A stretch of DNA of 64,000 bases from a bacterium. Its GTDB lineage: Bacteria; SAR324; NAC60-12. Each line of letters starts with the position of its first letter. Position 1 is the first letter of the stretch. Below are positions 31,879-42,500 of this stretch, one piece after another. The translations under genes were made by a program, and so were the position numbers. Under the pieces are notes generated by a model, which worked only from the letters and a program-made list of their open reading frames with translations, was not told where the DNA came from and searched no databases. The DNA is taken from contig OZ242383.1 in the NCBI GenBank assembly GCA_965209155.1, positions 2,432,001-2,496,000 of the forward strand, written 5' to 3'.

Positions 31879-32781
31879 ATGAACCTGAAAAATCAATTTT
31901 TTCTCCCCATGCTGGTAAGCATAGTCGGTTTGCTTTGGGGAACGCTGGTTTACGCTTCCGAGGAGGATAAAATTCTGCAGGGTGAATATATCTTCAGGGC
32001 CACCGGGGGATGTGGCTGTCATACTGATTACGAAAATGATGGAGCCTTTCTGGCCGGAGGACGAGTCATCCAAACCCCTTTTGGAACCTTTTTCGGGACC
32101 AACATCACACCGCACCAGGAAACCGGGATCGGAGGATGGAGTGACGACGATTTCATTCGAGCCATGACCCGGGGCATAGGTCCCGATGGGACCCATTACG
32201 CGCCTGTTTTCCCTTATACGTCCTTCACCCAAATGACCAAAGACGACCTGCTTGCCTTGAAAGCCTATTTGTCTACCGTCCCTGCAATCCGACAAGAGAA
32301 CAAACCCCACGAATTGTTTGTCCCTATTGGTGAACGCTTGGGTTTTTTCGTATGGAAAAAATTGTTCTTTCAAGAAAGCCCCTTCCAGTATCAAAGCGAT
32401 CAATCACCTCAATGGAATCGTGGCGCCTACCTGGCGGGCGCTTTGGCTCATTGTGAAGAATGCCACACTCCACGGAATTGGCAGGGCGTTCTGGACAGAG
32501 AAATGCGATATGCGGGCTCGAGCGATGGTCCGGAAGGGGAATTCGCGCCAAACATCACTCCTGATGATGAAACCGGCATTGGCGAGTGGGTGATTGCCGA
32601 TATCGTTTATTTTCTGCAAAATGGAATGAATCCGGATGGAGATGACACGCAAGGATTGATGTATGAAGTGATCGAACATGGTTACACGTATCTGAGCGTG
32701 GAAGATTTAGAAGCCCTGGCCGTCTACCTGAAAGCCCTTCCCCCCATTGACAACCCCTTGGAGAGAGGGGAAGAGGAATAA
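31879..32781 (+). CDS. Periplasmic diheme cytochrome c
   Basis: Signal peptide; CGCH-like (GCGCH) and CEECH heme motifs; two NITP...TGIG.W repeats. Confidence 0.85.
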   Translation: MNLKNQFFLPMLVSIVGLLWGTLVYASEEDKILQGEYIFRATGGCGCHTDYENDGAFLAGGRVIQTPFGTFFGTNITPHQETGIGGWSDDDFIRAMTRGIGPDGTHYAPVFPYTSFTQMTKDDLLALKAYLSTVPAIRQENKPHELFVPIGERLGFFVWKKLFFQESPFQYQSDQSPQWNRGAYLAGALAHCEECHTPRNWQGVLDREMRYAGSSDGPEGEFAPNITPDDETGIGEWVIADIVYFLQNGMNPDGDDTQGLMYEVIEHGYTYLSVEDLEALAVYLKALPPIDNPLERGEEE

Positions 32782-34014
32782 ATGAAAGCTTCAATGCTTG
32801 ATGAAACTCGAGAGCGCGCATTCATCGAGGATTTCGATCTCTATGGCAAAAGAGTCCTCATTCGCTCGGATTTGAACGTCCCGTTGGACGCGAACCGGAA
32901 TATCCGGAATGCAAGCCGGATCGAAAGCAGTCTGAAAACAATCCGATACGCCAGGAACCAGGGTGCCCGAGTCATTCTCATATCGCATTTAGGACGCCCC
33001 AACGGCCAACGGGTTGAGAAGCTCAGTTTGAAACCCGTTGCGGAAAGATTATCCCGGATGCTCAACCAGCCGGTGGACCTGGTACCCGAGAGTGTCGGCG
33101 CTATGGTTGAAAAACGGGTCGCTCGTCTGCGAATTGGGGAAGTGGTACTGCTGGAAAATTTGCGATTTCATGCAGGGGAAACGGACAACGAAGAATGCTT
33201 CGCCCGTTCACTCGCCCGCTTGTGTGATATTTACGTAAACGACGCCTTTGGCACCGCGCACCGCGCCCATGCTTCCACTACCGGGATTGCCCGATTCAGC
33301 GACCACGTCGCCATGGGTTATCTTTTACAATTGGAAATTCGGTACCTGACTAAAATCCGCAATAATTCGTCCCGCCCCTTTGTCGTCATTTTGGGAGGAG
33401 CCAAAGTCTCGGATAAAGTGAAAGTCATTCAAAGTTTGCTCCGCTCCGTCCAGGCGCTGATCATCGGAGGTGGGATGGCCTGTACTTTTTACAAGGCCAT
33501 GGGATACGAAATCGGCGACTCTTTGCTCGAAGAAGAAGCGCTGCCCCTTGTCTGGGAAATTATGCGAGAGACGGAAAAACAAAAAGTGTCTTTGCACCTT
33601 GCGGAAGATTGCGTGATTGCGGAAAGCGTGGAAGAATGCGCAGCGATTGAAACCATCCGGGCTTCGCAAGGGGTTCCTGCCGGGTGGAAAATACTGGACA
33701 TCGGCCCCCGTGCCGTTAATACCTTCAGCCAGACCCTGCAAGACGCCAAAACAATTTTCTGGAATGGACCGATGGGAGTTTTTGAAGCAAGCCCTTTTGC
33801 CAGGGGGACCTTCGGGATAGCCAAAGCTTTGGGAGAGGCGACGAAACATGGAGCCATGAGCGTCGTCGGGGGCGGCGATTCGATTGCTGCCATCGAAGCA
33901 ATGGAACTGACGAAGCATATTTCTCACCTCTCTACGGGAGGAGGGGCTTCCCTTGAATTTTTGGAAGGGCTTCCCTTACCGGGAATTGAAGCCATCCCCA
34001 AACGTGTGGATTGA
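32782..34014 (+). CDS. pgk: Phosphoglycerate kinase
   Basis: RSDLNVP, SHLGRP, NDAFGTAHRAHAS, GGAKVSDK, STGGGASLE. Confidence 0.97.
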   Translation: MKASMLDETRERAFIEDFDLYGKRVLIRSDLNVPLDANRNIRNASRIESSLKTIRYARNQGARVILISHLGRPNGQRVEKLSLKPVAERLSRMLNQPVDLVPESVGAMVEKRVARLRIGEVVLLENLRFHAGETDNEECFARSLARLCDIYVNDAFGTAHRAHASTTGIARFSDHVAMGYLLQLEIRYLTKIRNNSSRPFVVILGGAKVSDKVKVIQSLLRSVQALIIGGGMACTFYKAMGYEIGDSLLEEEALPLVWEIMRETEKQKVSLHLAEDCVIAESVEECAAIETIRASQGVPAGWKILDIGPRAVNTFSQTLQDAKTIFWNGPMGVFEASPFARGTFGIAKALGEATKHGAMSVVGGGDSIAAIEAMELTKHISHLSTGGGASLEFLEGLPLPGIEAIPKRVD

Positions 34015-34054
34015 AGATACTTCGAGAATGAGTTCGTTAATAACCCTTTGCGAC

Positions 34055-35629
34055 TCAGCCGGAAGCAAGGTGCAGGTTTTTCGAGGATGATCGGGGAGAA
34101 GAAGCTTCCACGATTTTGAGGTTGATCATTTTGAAGGTAGCCCGCACAGCAGCCACGACTTGATCGGTATCCACGCCAATTGTTTTAATGCGTTTGCCCT
34201 GGTTTTCCCAGGTGATGGTCGCCTCGGTCAACGCATCCGTTTGACCCCCTTTGGGAATGCGGATTTCATAATCGAGCAGCTTGGGACACTCGATTCCGGT
34301 TTTATCCAGAATTTTTCGCATTGCCGTCATAAAGGCGTCATAACCCCCATCGCCTTCTCCGGTTGCCAGAAATTCTTCCCCATCGAATTCGACGCATATC
34401 GACGCGGTCGCCCGTAAAGGCCATCCACTGCTCATCGTGCAACTGACGAGACGGATGCGGGCGTACGTTTCATTCTCCAGCACTTCCGTGATGATGAAGG
34501 GCAAATCGGTCATGTTGATGGAGGCTTTCCGGTCCCCCAACTCGACGATGCGATCCAGCACTTTTTGATAATGTTCTTCCGAAAGGCTGAGTCCGAGTTG
34601 CTCCAGGTTCTTGGCCAGCGAGGCCTTGCCACTCATTTTACCGAGGGCATAGGAACGGATCCTTCCGAAGCGCTCCGGAAAGAGGGGATTGTAGTAAAGG
34701 CCTCCTTTTTTATCTCCATCCGCATGAATGCCGCTGGTTTGGGTAAAGACGTCTTCGCCAACAATGGGGGCATTGCTGGCAATACGTTTCCCGGAAAAAA
34801 CTTCAACCAGTTCACTGATCGGTCCCAGGTACGATTCATCCACCGAAAGTTTCATTCCCAATTTATCTCTCAGCACCACCGTGATTTCTGCCAGGGATGC
34901 ATTGCCTGCCCGTTCTCCCAAACAATTGACGGTACAATGGATCGTGCGCACCCCGGCCTTGACGGCGGCCATGGAATTGGCGGTCCCCAATCCATAATCG
35001 TTGTGTGGATGGAAATCGAATCGGGCCCAGGGAAAGCGTTGAATCATGTCGCTGAGACTCTCAAAGACTTCATCGGGCGACATCACCCCTAAAGTATCCG
35101 GTAGCATGAAATGCCGGATTCCACAGTCCCGCAACAAGGTCATCATTTCATAGACGTATTCCGGCTTGTCCTGGTAGCCATTGGACCAGTCTTCCAGGTA
35201 AATATTGATCTCGCATCCCTTTTGGAGGCCATATTGTAGGGTCTTACGGATGTCGGAAACATGTTCATGCAAGGTTTTTTTCAATTGCCCATGACAATGA
35301 TTTTCACTGCCTTTGGTGAGGAGATTCAGCACACGGGCTCCTGTTGAGACAATCCAATCCACGCTTCTTTTATGATCCACGAAACCCAACACTTCGACCC
35401 GGTCCAGGCAGTCATGCTCCCTGGCCCATTCTGTTATACAACGCACGGCATCCCGTTCTCCTTCGGATATCCGGGCGGAAGCGATTTCGACCCGGTCGAT
35501 ATTCACTTGCTCCAGTAAGGCTTTGGCTATATGAAGTTTTTCTTGAGCATTGAATGCAATCCCTTGCGTCTGTTCCCCATCGCGGAGAGTAACGTCCATG
35601 ATCTCGACGGGTTGTCCGGACAATGGCAT
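34055..35629 (-). CDS. cimA: (R)-citramalate synthase / LeuA-family DRE-TIM enzyme with regulatory domain
   Basis: DVTLRDGEQ, YLEDWSNG, HPHNDYG, GERAGNA, GIHADG. Confidence 0.85.
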   Translation of the reverse strand: MPLSGQPVEIMDVTLRDGEQTQGIAFNAQEKLHIAKALLEQVNIDRVEIASARISEGERDAVRCITEWAREHDCLDRVEVLGFVDHKRSVDWIVSTGARVLNLLTKGSENHCHGQLKKTLHEHVSDIRKTLQYGLQKGCEINIYLEDWSNGYQDKPEYVYEMMTLLRDCGIRHFMLPDTLGVMSPDEVFESLSDMIQRFPWARFDFHPHNDYGLGTANSMAAVKAGVRTIHCTVNCLGERAGNASLAEITVVLRDKLGMKLSVDESYLGPISELVEVFSGKRIASNAPIVGEDVFTQTSGIHADGDKKGGLYYNPLFPERFGRIRSYALGKMSGKASLAKNLEQLGLSLSEEHYQKVLDRIVELGDRKASINMTDLPFIITEVLENETYARIRLVSCTMSSGWPLRATASICVEFDGEEFLATGEGDGGYDAFMTAMRKILDKTGIECPKLLDYEIRIPKGGQTDALTEATITWENQGKRIKTIGVDTDQVVAAVRATFKMINLKIVEASSPRSSSKNLHLASG

Positions 35630-35725
35630 AGCGATCTTTTCCTGAGTTGAAACAGGTTGATTTCAATAATGAATGACGCGCACGAAAGCCATATTCGCAT
35701 ATTTCCCCGGAAAGTCAACCCTGAG

Positions 35726-36010
35726 TAACCCGAGTTCGAGATAAATCTTCAATAATACGAGAATCCTGGTGTATAGGTCATCGTCACTCAATCCTGGATC
35801 CAGTCCGGGATGACAGGCATGACTCAATGATGTGTCATCCCGGTCCCGGATCGAGTCCGGGATGATCCGGTATCCAGGGTTCATGCCAATTTCCCTCTTC
35901 CACGTCACTCTGGATTCCTAATCAAGCCAGGCATGACACGCTCCTGCTCCTGGATCCAGTCCGGGATGACAGGCATGACACGCTCCTGCTCCTGGATCCA
36001 GTCCGGGATG
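35726..36010. repeat. Repeat cluster: 75-bp terminus plus TCCTGGATCCAGTCCGGGATG palindromes and a REP unit
   Basis: 35726-35800 is an inverted copy of 31694-31768; palindromes at ~35792, 35949 and 35990; REP unit at ~35910. Confidence 0.75.
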
Positions 36011-36034
36011 CGAGGCTATCCGACAAAATTCAGT

Positions 36035-36412
36035 CTATTTTTTTATCAGGAAATGCAGGAGGACGCTGCCTGTCAATACGAAAGTGAGGGCAAAATGAAC
36101 TTCAGTTGACAGGGCCAGGGATTGATTCCCGTAGAGAAGCAACAGAATTCCCGAGAAGATTAAGCCGCTCCCGGCAACCAGCTGCGTTACGCCGGAAACT
36201 GAAACCAAAGAGACGCTTTTCAAACGTCGACGGTTTGTGCGGATATGGTCCCAAGCGTACATGGGAAAAATCACAACGAATACGATTCCAGCCCAGATGT
36301 GCAAAGTTGAAATGGTTGACCATCCCGTGAACGATTCCCATTCTGTTCTGTAGTGAAGAATCAATCCGGATATGACTAAAAAAAGGCCACTGCCCACCAC
36401 TAATTTTCGCAT
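36035..36412 (-). CDS. Small four-TM membrane protein with His residues in helices (cytochrome b/DUF4405-like)
   Basis: Hydrophobic helices with LHIWAG, WDHI, EVHF and LLHF; AGAGG SD. Confidence 0.6.
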   Translation of the reverse strand: MRKLVVGSGLFLVISGLILHYRTEWESFTGWSTISTLHIWAGIVFVVIFPMYAWDHIRTNRRRLKSVSLVSVSGVTQLVAGSGLIFSGILLLLYGNQSLALSTEVHFALTFVLTGSVLLHFLIKK

Positions 36413-36429
36413 AAAATATACCTCTTTTG

Positions 36430-36899
36430 TACGTGAATCAGGAGTGAAACAACGTGTCATTCCAGGCTTGACCAGGAATCCAGTGGAATACGCGCGTTAT
36501 TCCGGATTCCGGATCATCCTGTTCCTGGATCATCCCAAGCTTGAACCGGGACTGGCATGACAAAAGATTGAGTCATTCCAGGCTTGACCAGGAATCCAGT
36601 ATGCCTTTTCGCCTTTGTCCCTTCCCTCTGCCCCCTTGTGTCATTCCAGGCTTGACCAGCAATCCAGCATTGTGTCATTCTTGGCTTGATCGGGAATCCA
36701 GTGGAATACGCGCGTTATTCCGGATTCCGGATCATCCCGGGTTTGAACCGGGACTGGCATGACAAAAGATTGAGTCATTCCAGGCTTGACCAGCAATCCA
36801 GGGGAATCGAATCAAACCCTGGATTCCCGCTCCCTGCTCCCTGCTTTCGCAGGGACAAGTTTCGCAGGAATGACACGTTTTTAACTCCTGATTCACGTA
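36430..36899. mobile_element. MITE-like non-coding element with ~34-bp terminal inverted repeats, filled with REP units
   Basis: Left TACGTGAATCAGGAGTGAAACAACGTGTCATTCC, right GGAATGACACGTTTTTAACTCCTGATTCACGTA; at least five internal GTCATTC..GGCTTGA..GGAATCCAG-type units. Confidence 0.75.
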
Positions 36900-36944
36900 A
36901 ATATTCTGTATAAACATTAATCATTCTATCAATTGGAGTTTCCT

Positions 36945-37352
36945 ATGGCATCTATTTTCACGCAGATCATCCATGGCGCCATCCCATGTGAAAAAATCCA
37001 TGAATCCGAACATGCCATTGCTTTTCTGGACATTGCGCCTTGTATCTTCGGACATACCCTCGTTGTCGCCAAACGGGAGGTTGCCCGCTTGGAAGAACTC
37101 CCGGCAGAGGAAGCCGCGGCGTTGATGCATTTTTTACAGGAGGTGTCGAAAGCCGTCAGCCAGGCTTATGGTGGCGTGGACTACAGCGTTATGCTTAACA
37201 ACGGTCCCGGTGCCGGCCAGGAAGTGCCTCATATCCATTTCCATGTCATCCCCCACCCGGCCGGAGTGTCGGTCGACTTTAAAAAACGTCTGAGCTATAC
37301 TGGTGACCAACGAAAACAGACGGGGGAAAAAATTCGCGCGTGTCTGTCTTGA
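36945..37352 (+). CDS. HIT family hydrolase
   Basis: SIFTQII, AFLDI.P, GHTLVV, HIHFHVIP. Confidence 0.92.
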   Translation: MASIFTQIIHGAIPCEKIHESEHAIAFLDIAPCIFGHTLVVAKREVARLEELPAEEAAALMHFLQEVSKAVSQAYGGVDYSVMLNNGPGAGQEVPHIHFHVIPHPAGVSVDFKKRLSYTGDQRKQTGEKIRACLS

Positions 37353-37426
37353 GGACTACGTCCGATTTATAGCGGACCTGGTTCAGGTCCAGCCCCCATT
37401 GAGTTTCATTTTAAAAGGAGAAATCA

Positions 37427-38134
37427 ATGAAAACAGAACGAATCGAATACGATGATAACGGATTGACCTTGGAGGCCCATGTGGCCTACCCGGAAGGGGA
37501 GGGGAAACGACCGCTGGTCCTGGTTTCCCATGCTTGGGCCGGAAGAGATAAATTTGAAGACGACAAAGCGGAAGCCTTGGCGGAATTGGGCTACGTGGGT
37601 TTTGCCCTGGACCTCTATGGCAAAGGCGTGTTGGGAGGCAGCGTGGAAGAAAACACGGCACTGATGACTCCTTTACTGGAAGACCGGGCTTTGTTGAGAC
37701 GACGAATCACCGCCGCATTGAACAGAGCCTGCCGGTTGGAAGGGGTGGACGCCTCCCGGGTCGGGGCGATTGGTTTTTGTTTCGGAGGCTTGTGCGTGCT
37801 CGATTTAGCGCGCAGTGGCGCTGACGTGAAAGGAGTCGTCAGTTTTCACGGGCTTTTCAATTCAGCGGAAAATTTACCCAATCAACCCATCAAAGCCAAG
37901 ATCCTGGCGCTTCATGGACAAGAGGATCCCATGGTTCCTCCGGAAATGGTCAGCGCTTTACAAAAAGAGCTCAGCGAGGCCGGAGTGGACTGGCAGGTCC
38001 ATGCTTATGGAAACACGCACCATGCCTTCACCAATCCACAAGCCAATGATCCCGAGATGGGAACCGTGTACAACGCCGATGCGGACCGACGCTCCTGGAT
38101 TGCCATGAAGAACTTTTTCGCAGAAATTTTGTAA
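37427..38134 (+). CDS. Dienelactone hydrolase family
   Basis: GFCFGG, VSFHG, HG..DP, HAFTNP. Confidence 0.92.
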   Translation: MKTERIEYDDNGLTLEAHVAYPEGEGKRPLVLVSHAWAGRDKFEDDKAEALAELGYVGFALDLYGKGVLGGSVEENTALMTPLLEDRALLRRRITAALNRACRLEGVDASRVGAIGFCFGGLCVLDLARSGADVKGVVSFHGLFNSAENLPNQPIKAKILALHGQEDPMVPPEMVSALQKELSEAGVDWQVHAYGNTHHAFTNPQANDPEMGTVYNADADRRSWIAMKNFFAEIL

Positions 38135-38198
38135 AATCCGCTGCCCCGTAAAATCCGGGGACAGTGACGAAAATAAATCACGAAAACCAGACCCGATA

Positions 38199-39110
38199 TT
38201 AGCGGGAATCGGAATCTTTCTCTTGGAGGAGAGCACGCAGCCGTTCGACTTCCGCAAGCGCGTCTTCTTTTTCTTGCCGCTCTATTTCTGCTCTTGCCAA
38301 GGCAATTTTTTCTCTTGCCAATGCGTTTTCTTTTTGTTGTCGCTCTTTTTCTTTTTGTTGTCGCTCTTTTTCTTTCAGTTGTCGCTCTTTTTCTTTTTGC
38401 TGACGCTCTTGTTGGAAGCTTTTCAGGAGAAACGGTTGGTAGAGAGGATCCTCAATTAATGTTTCAAAGGCCACCTGTTTTTCTAAATCCTCCAGACGAA
38501 AGGCGAAACGATCCAAAACCCGGGAATGAATCACCCCGGGCTCTTGGTGCTTCATCCTCTCATAAACCCCTTGCTGATTCAGAAAATAGAAAGCGGTGTG
38601 CTTGCGCAAACGGTCTAAAATATAATATTCCGCCACCCCTGCTTTGGCATATTCTCTTTTTTTGTGGACCGTATCCCGTTCCACCTCCGCGGGAGTCGAG
38701 TCGGATAAAAACTCGATACAGAGATCACAAACTCCCCTAAAAGAACGGTCCAGGGGTTTGGCCTCGACAAGATTGGAATGGAGAATCACGGCCAGATCCG
38801 GTTTGCGAATACTCACCTTTTTCTTTCCCAACTCCAAACGAAAGCCCATTTCCAATACCATCATCCGTCCGATGGGAAAGACAGTCAAATATTCTTCTAA
38901 TAAGCGATAAAACCATTGGTAGAGGGAGATGCTTAGAAAATCGGGCATGGGCTTTTCTTCCAAGAGTCCATTGTTCCATTCATATGAATGATCCGGGTAT
39001 TCATAATACGTCTTCCAATACTCAGCCTCACTCACCCTGAGCGGCTCCTTGGCAGAAGGAGGCAACCGTCTTGGAGAAGGGCGGTTTTTGACGGATTCTA
39101 AAGTAGTCAT
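38199..39110 (-). CDS. Uma2-family endonuclease with C-terminal coiled-coil repeat
   Basis: RKPDLAV, DLCIEFLS, KKREYAKAGVAEYYILD; ERQQKEK repeats. Confidence 0.85.
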   Translation of the reverse strand: MTTLESVKNRPSPRRLPPSAKEPLRVSEAEYWKTYYEYPDHSYEWNNGLLEEKPMPDFLSISLYQWFYRLLEEYLTVFPIGRMMVLEMGFRLELGKKKVSIRKPDLAVILHSNLVEAKPLDRSFRGVCDLCIEFLSDSTPAEVERDTVHKKREYAKAGVAEYYILDRLRKHTAFYFLNQQGVYERMKHQEPGVIHSRVLDRFAFRLEDLEKQVAFETLIEDPLYQPFLLKSFQQERQQKEKERQLKEKERQQKEKERQQKENALAREKIALARAEIERQEKEDALAEVERLRALLQEKDSDSR

Positions 39111-39367
39111 GATACCCTCGATGGGAAGGAGAGGTGAAATTTGTCGTCTTTTCAAAAACATAACACATTGTGTAGAGGACAGCAAATTCTATGTTGATCG
39201 ACTTGTCACTATTCAGGTATCTTCCGAGAACCCATCGATTCCCCACCTCGAGGCTCTTCAAGAAGCCAGTCCACTCTTTGAAAAAGAACGAGAGCCATGG
39301 AAGCAAGAGCGCTTAGAATTCTGAGGAGATCCTATGCAAAAAGGTAGCACCTGCGGCAATCCAGTTC

Positions 39368-39585
39368 CTGAAATTTCAGAGGAATTGCTATCTATTTGGT
39401 ATCGCAATCAGACCCGAGTTCGCTAAGCTACTCCTCATTTCATCTCTCCAGGATTCGGCCATCCACCCGACAAACAATTCCGTTGACAGGTTGCGTTCTA
39501 TTTGTTTACTATCTATCCGCTTGATCAACACGATTGAGCTTCTGACATTTCAGAGGAATTGCTATCTATTTGCTATCGCGATCAG
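39368..39585 (+). promoter_or_regulatory. 44-bp direct repeats with TTG(C/G)TATC tandem motifs flanking a sigma70-like promoter
   Basis: 39368-39411 is near-identical to 39542-39585; TTGACA (39483)-18 bp-TACTAT (39507) lies between them. Confidence 0.65.
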
Positions 39586-39594
39586 GCCAGATCC

Positions 39595-42500
39595 ATGAAA
39601 GACAAAATCACTAAACAGGCTGTCGAGTCCCTCAAGCCTGGGTCTAAAGACCGCATATTGTGGGACACGGAACTGCCGATGTTCGGCTGTAAAATAACCC
39701 CCAAGGGCAGACGGGTCTACCTCCTGCAATACCGCATCAAGGGACGGCAGAGACGCTATACCATTGGCACCCATGGGGTTTTGATCGCCAGGGAAGCCCG
39801 CAACATTGCCAGGAACCTGCTGCATGAGGTGGTTCTGGGTCATGACCCGGCGGATGCGAAGATGAATAAAGGGGATCAAACGGATGGCATGATTCAAAAC
39901 CGTTCTCAACGCCGCAAGCAGCAAGTTGTTAAACCCAAAGCTTCTCACACCCGCGGAAATCCGCGGAAATCTGCGGCCAAAGCGAATAAAGCGGCTCCAG
40001 GACCTCCTGAACCGATTGTAAACAAAACGAAATCCATTTCCAATCCGGATAAGCCTGAGATTCCGGGTTATTCGCTGGAGGAGGTCATTTTTGAAAGCAG
40101 CCGGACCTGGCTCTGGCGCGGCAGGCGGCAAAGCGACGGGCTTTCGGTCCTGATCAAGGGACCTTCATCTCAGCAGAGCGCGCAGGATCTGGCGGAAATA
40201 CGGCACGAGTATGAGATCACCCGGGATCTGGAGATCGATGGGGTCCTCAAGGCAGAGGAGCTGGTGCAGTGTGAAAACGGGTGGACCTTGATCCTGGAAA
40301 ACACCGATGCGCTCCCTTTAAGAAAGCTGATGGATACCGCGCGGCTCGACCTGCTGGACTCGTTGAAGGTAGCGCTTTCACTGACCAGCACCCTCAAAGA
40401 AGTGCACCAGCAGGGCCTCCTGCATAAAATGATCAATCCGTTGAACATTTTTGTCGATCCGGCATCGGGGACGGTCAAACTGAGCGGCTTCGGCCTGGCC
40501 ACCCGGCTTCCACGGGAAAATTTGGCGACGTTGAGTCCCCAGCTTAGCGGGGAAACCCTGCCCTATATCTCCCCCGAGCAGACCGGCCGGATGAACCGCC
40601 CTCTCGATTATCGCAGTGATTTTTATTCCCTGGGCGCTACCCTCTATGAACTTTTCAGCGGAAGAGTGCCTTTTGGGTCCCGGGAGGCCATGGAAATCAT
40701 CCACGCTCACATTGCCCGGCAGACCCCGCCTCCTGACGAGATTGAACCGCAAATACCCAGAGTCCTTTCCCGCCTGGTGATGAAACTAATGGCCAAGCGT
40801 GCCGAGGCGCGCTACCAGAGTCACTCGGGCCTTTCAGCCGATCTGCTGGCATGTGTGGAGCAGCTCGAAAACCAGGGGAGCCTGTCCGACTTTCCACTGG
40901 CTCGCCTGGACATTCCCAAAGAATTGCAGATCGCCCCGGGGCTTTACGGCCGGAAGGATGAAATCACCGCCCTGGAAGCCGCCCTGGAGCGAGTGAGCCA
41001 GGGAGCGACCGAGATGGTGCTGATCTCGGGATCCGCTGGTGTCGGCAAAACCGCCCTGGTTGGTGAAATTCACCAGTCCGTTGCCCAAAAAAACGGCTTC
41101 TTCCTCTCCGGCAAATTTGACCAGCTCCGGCACAATATCCCCTACAGCGCCCTGATCCAGGCGCTACGGGGACTCATCCGGGAGATATCGGTCGCAAACA
41201 AATCCGGAATGGAGCGTTGGAAAAACAGGATACGGACTGCCCTGGGAGCCAACGGACAACTGGTGACCCGAGTGATCCCGGAACTGGAACTGATGATCGG
41301 CCCGCAACCCCCACTACCGGAAATGGGAGCGCTGGAGTCCCGCAACCGCTTCACTGCCGTTTTACTGGAATTCATCGGCCTTTTCTGTGAAAAAACCCAT
41401 CCGCTGGTTATTTTTCTGGACGACTTGCAGTGGGTGGACGTCGATACCCTCAAGCTGGTGGAACGCATTGCTCGGGATCCGGAGAGGAAACCTCTGCTTT
41501 TCCTGGGAGCCTATCGCGACAACGAGGTGGAGGCCGATCACCGGTTGTCGATCAGTTGTGAGGTGATCAAAAAAACTGGCCAGCCGCTGCAGACGATCCC
41601 TTTAAAGTCCCTCAACCCGGAGAACATCTCACAACTGCTCGTCCATACCTGCCACTGTCGTCCTGAAGAGGCCAAACCGCTGGCCGAACTCCTGGCGCGC
41701 AAAACCGGCGGCAATCCCTTCTTTGTGGGCCAGTTCTTGACAGTACTCTCCGAGAAGGGCCTGATCGGTTACTCCCCTGAGGAAAAACGATGGACCTGGG
41801 ACCTGGCTGCCATCGAGTTCCTGGCGGTGACCGAGAATGTGGTGGAGATGCTGGTTGACCGGCTCCACCGGTTTTCCGCTGAAACCAGGCGACTTTTAAG
41901 CCTGGCGGCCTGCATCGGCAATACTTTTGACCTTGAATCCCTGGAGTTGATCAGCGGAGAAGAAGGCGGGGAGATCAATGAGAACCTGTTGCCGGCCCTG
42001 GAAACCGGGTTGATCCTCGGTTTTTCCCGGGCTCCGCAGCTGGATAATCCGACTGACGGGGCGAGCGCGGAGAGCAGCAGTTACAAATTCCTGCATGACC
42101 GGGTGCAGCAGGCTGCCTATGCCCTCATTGCCCAAAAGGAGAGAAAGCCGGTCCATCTTCAAATCGGTCAGACCTTACTCAAGCAATACGCTCCAGAGAA
42201 AGCTGAAGATCTGCTTTTTGACATCGTCCACCATCTCAACCTGGCCCGGAGGGTGAAGGATAAATGGAAAGAACGATCGCAGCTGGCAGAACTCAACCTG
42301 GAAGCCGGTCTTAAGGCCAGGGCGGCTTCGGCTTTTGAACAGGCCCTGGAATATTTTACCATCGGCCTGGAGCTCTTAGGAGCCGCCGCCTGGAAACGGC
42401 AATACTCCCTGGCCTTATCCCTGCACGAAGCAGCCACGGAGATGTCATCGCTCTGCGGCCGCTTCGAGTTGATGGAGAAGCTGGCGGGTGCCGTGAAAGA

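Noticed and set aside
36430..36899. Repeat clusters (also at 2.2, 31.5 and 35.8 kb) as CRISPR arrays
   Set aside because: Units are degenerate and irregularly spaced, the intervening sequences repeat, and no cas genes are present.
39595..39852. Prophage or genomic-island integrase
   Set aside because: Only the arm-binding domain is present; no catalytic R-H-R-Y domain, tRNA target or phage genes.
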